Shown here in pieces: positions 61,949-64,000 of a stretch of 64,000 nt of DNA (positions are counted from its first letter, which is position 1; each line of letters opens with the position of its first letter). The notes below the pieces were generated by a model. The model was not told where the DNA came from. It ran no database searches and saw nothing but the letters and a program-made list of their open reading frames with translations. This DNA is from Fonticula alba ATCC 38817 (Eukaryota > Protista > Nucleariida). The stretch lies in assembly GCA_000388065.2 (NCBI GenBank), contig KB932208.1; one strand, 5' to 3'. The translations under genes and the position numbers were made by a program.

Positions 61949-64000
61949 ATGAGACCCTCAGCTGGAGGCCGGGCGTCGATCCGGTGCCCCTGGCTCCTGC
62001 TCTTGCTCCTGGCCGCCTGCCAGTTGGTGCTCTCCTCCCTGTTCCTTCCCCTGGTTTCGGGCCTGCCCGCACGGGACCCCCATGCCCTGGTGGCCCAGTT
62101 GACCAATGACAGTGTGGCCCAAATGGCTCGGTCCGAGGCCGATGCCTTGGCCCTTGCCCTGAAGGCGGCCGGCGGCGACCAGCGCATGGTCCTGGCCCTG
62201 TACTACGGGCTGCGGTTCAACTGGGACGCCGGCCACCAGGCGAATGCCCTGGCCGGGCTGGATGCGTCGCCCGTGTGCCCGGACTCCTGCCCGGGGAATT
62301 GCGACAAATACGGCTGCATCAGCTGCCCCCGCGGCATGGGCATGGCCTTCGACGACAGCACCTACTGCACGCAAATGTGGGAGTACTGCCAGCTCCAGAT
62401 GATTCCCTCCGAGGATGGCGCCGAGGTGGACCCGGATGCCGATGGCACCATCGGCATCTTCTGCCCCTCCGGCTGCATGATCTACGACCGGGGCAGTCGC
62501 CAGTGCGTCCAGTGCTTTGATGGGTATTCCCAGGTCGGCAACCTGTGCATCCAGTGCCCCTGGGATTGCTACCATTGCAGCAGCTATGATTACTGCTCTT
62601 CCTGCTACATGGGTTACTACCTGAGTGGGGGGAGTTGCCTGTCCTGCTCGGCGAACTGCTCCAGCTGCACCTCGGCCACCAGCTGCTCATCCTGCTTCAC
62701 CAATCACTTCAAGCATCTTGGTGGCTGTGTGGCCGCCTGCCCGGGTGGCTACTTCGCGTCCGGCGATGCGTGTGCCTCCTGCTCGGCCAACTGCAACTCC
62801 TGTTCCTCCGGCTCCGTGTGCACCTCTTGCAAAAGTGGCTACTTCCGGCACAACAATGCCTGCGTGTCCTCCTGCCCGAGCGGCTTCTTCGGTGCGAGCG
62901 GTGCGTGCTCCTCCTGCTCGGCCAATTGCACGGCCTGCACTTCCGGCACCAACTGCACGGCATGTGCGTCCGGCTACCTCCGGCACAATGGCGGCTGTGT
63001 GNNNNNNNNNNNNNNNNNNNNNNNNNNNNNNNNNNNNNNNNNNNNNNNNNNNNNNNNNNNNNNNNNNNNNNNNNNNNNNNNNNNNNNNNNNNNNNNNNNN
63101 NNNNNNNNNNNNNNNNNNNNNNNNNNNNNNNNNNNNNNNNNNNNNNNNNNNNNNNNNNNNNNNNNNNNNNNNNNNNNNNNNNNNNNNNNNNNNNNNNNNN
63201 NNNNNNNNNNNNNNNNNNNNNNNNNNNNNNNNNNNNNNNNNNNNNNNNNNNNNNNNNNNNNNNNNNNNNNNNNNNNNNNNNNNNNNNNNNNNNNNNNNNN
63301 NNNNNNNNNNNNNNNNNNNNNNNNNNNNNNNNNNNNNNNNNNNNNNNNNNNNNNNNNNNNNNNNNNNNNNNNNNNNNNNNNNNNNNNNNNNNNNNNNNNN
63401 NNNNNNNNNNNNNNNNNNNNNNNNNNNNNNNNNNNNNNNNNNNNNNNNNNNNNNNNNNNNNNNNNNNNNNNNNNNNNNNNNNNNNNNNNNNNNNNNNNNN
63501 NNNNNNNNNNNNNNNNNNNNNNNNNNNNNNNNNNNTGTGCCGCCTGCTCGGCCAACTGCACGGCCTGCACCTCCGGCACCAACTGCACCACCTGTGCGTC
63601 CGGCTACCTCCGGCACAACGGCGGGTGTGTGACCGCCTGCCCGTCCGGGTTCTTCGCTTCGAACGGCGCCTGTGCGGCTTGCTCGGCCAACTGCACGGCC
63701 TGCACCTCCGGCACCAACTGCACGGCCTGCAGCGCGAGCTACCTCCGGCACAATGGCAGCTGTGTGGCCTCCTGCCCGTCCGGGTTCTTCGCCTCGAGCG
63801 GCGCCTGTGCGGCTTGCTCGGCCAACTGCACGGCTTGCTCCTCGGCAAGTGCATGCACCACCTGTGCCACGAACTACTTCCGGCACAATGGCGGCTGTGT
63901 GTCCTCCTGCCCGAGTGGCTTCTTCGCCTCGGGCGGATCTTGCCTCGCGTGCTCGGCCAACTGCACGGCCTGCTCCTCGGCCAGCGTGTGTACCACCTGT
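61949..64000 (+). CDS. Secreted/surface furin-like Cys-rich repeat protein with 45-aa tandem repeats; runs off the window end
   Basis: ATG at 61949, signal peptide MRPSAGGRASIRCPWLLLLLLAACQLVLSSLFLPLVSG, then an open frame with CSANCTACTSGTNCTTCASGYLRHNGGCVTACPSGFFASNGACAA repeats on a 135-bp period. Gap at 63002-63535. Confidence 0.88.
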   Translation, partial: MRPSAGGRASIRCPWLLLLLLAACQLVLSSLFLPLVSGLPARDPHALVAQLTNDSVAQMARSEADALALALKAAGGDQRMVLALYYGLRFNWDAGHQANALAGLDASPVCPDSCPGNCDKYGCISCPRGMGMAFDDSTYCTQMWEYCQLQMIPSEDGAEVDPDADGTIGIFCPSGCMIYDRGSRQCVQCFDGYSQVGNLCIQCPWDCYHCSSYDYCSSCYMGYYLSGGSCLSCSANCSSCTSATSCSSCFTNHFKHLGGCVAACPGGYFASGDACASCSANCNSCSSGSVCTSCKSGYFRHNNACVSSCPSGFFGASGACSSCSANCTACTSGTNCTACASGYLRHNGGCVXXXXXXXXXXXXXXXXXXXXXXXXXXXXXXXXXXXXXXXXXXXXXXXXXXXXXXXXXXXXXXXXXXXXXXXXXXXXXXXXXXXXXXXXXXXXXXXXXXXXXXXXXXXXXXXXXXXXXXXXXXXXXXXXXXXXXXXXXXXXXXXXXXXXXXXXXXXXXXXXXXXXXXXXXXXXXXXXXXCAACSANCTACTSGTNCTTCASGYLRHNGGCVTACPSGFFASNGACAACSANCTACTSGTNCTACSASYLRHNGSCVASCPSGFFASSGACAACSANCTACSSASACTTCATNYFRHNGGCVSSCPSGFFASGGSCLACSANCTACSSASVCTTC

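Overview
GC-rich, intron-containing eukaryotic genomic DNA with assembly gaps. Gene content is opisthokont and the style (GTRCGY splice donors, C-rich introns, furin-repeat surface proteins) suggests a Fonticula-like holomycotan amoeba; this is an inference. Genes I can reconstruct, in order: RPL29, CTF8, a long TGS1, DPM2, IMP4, a Tim17/NDUFA11-like membrane protein, MSH3, a HOOK-family adaptor, RRP9, an HPt (YPD1-like) phosphorelay protein, WDR75/UTP17, sphingosine-1-phosphate lyase, a BORCS7-like protein, STE24, two furin-like Cys-rich surface proteins, a CRIP-like single-LIM protein and four tRNAs (Pro, Trp, Cys, Ile). The standout is an unannotated-looking two-exon gene at 48462-48693 (-). 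It has a near-perfect Kozak ATG and encodes a 27-aa peptide, MEIIAKTTTSSPNDSTADHFPDPCVIL, ending in a CAAX box. It resembles fungal a-factor-type lipopeptide pheromone precursors and lies tail-to-tail with STE24, the a-factor processing protease. Other notable items: a tRNA-Trp built on a tRNA-Cys-like body, a 5-nt microexon in IMP4, a +4C splice-donor consensus, and an Illumina adapter artefact that falsely frameshifts MSH3. All exon structures were worked out by hand and need RNA-seq confirmation.
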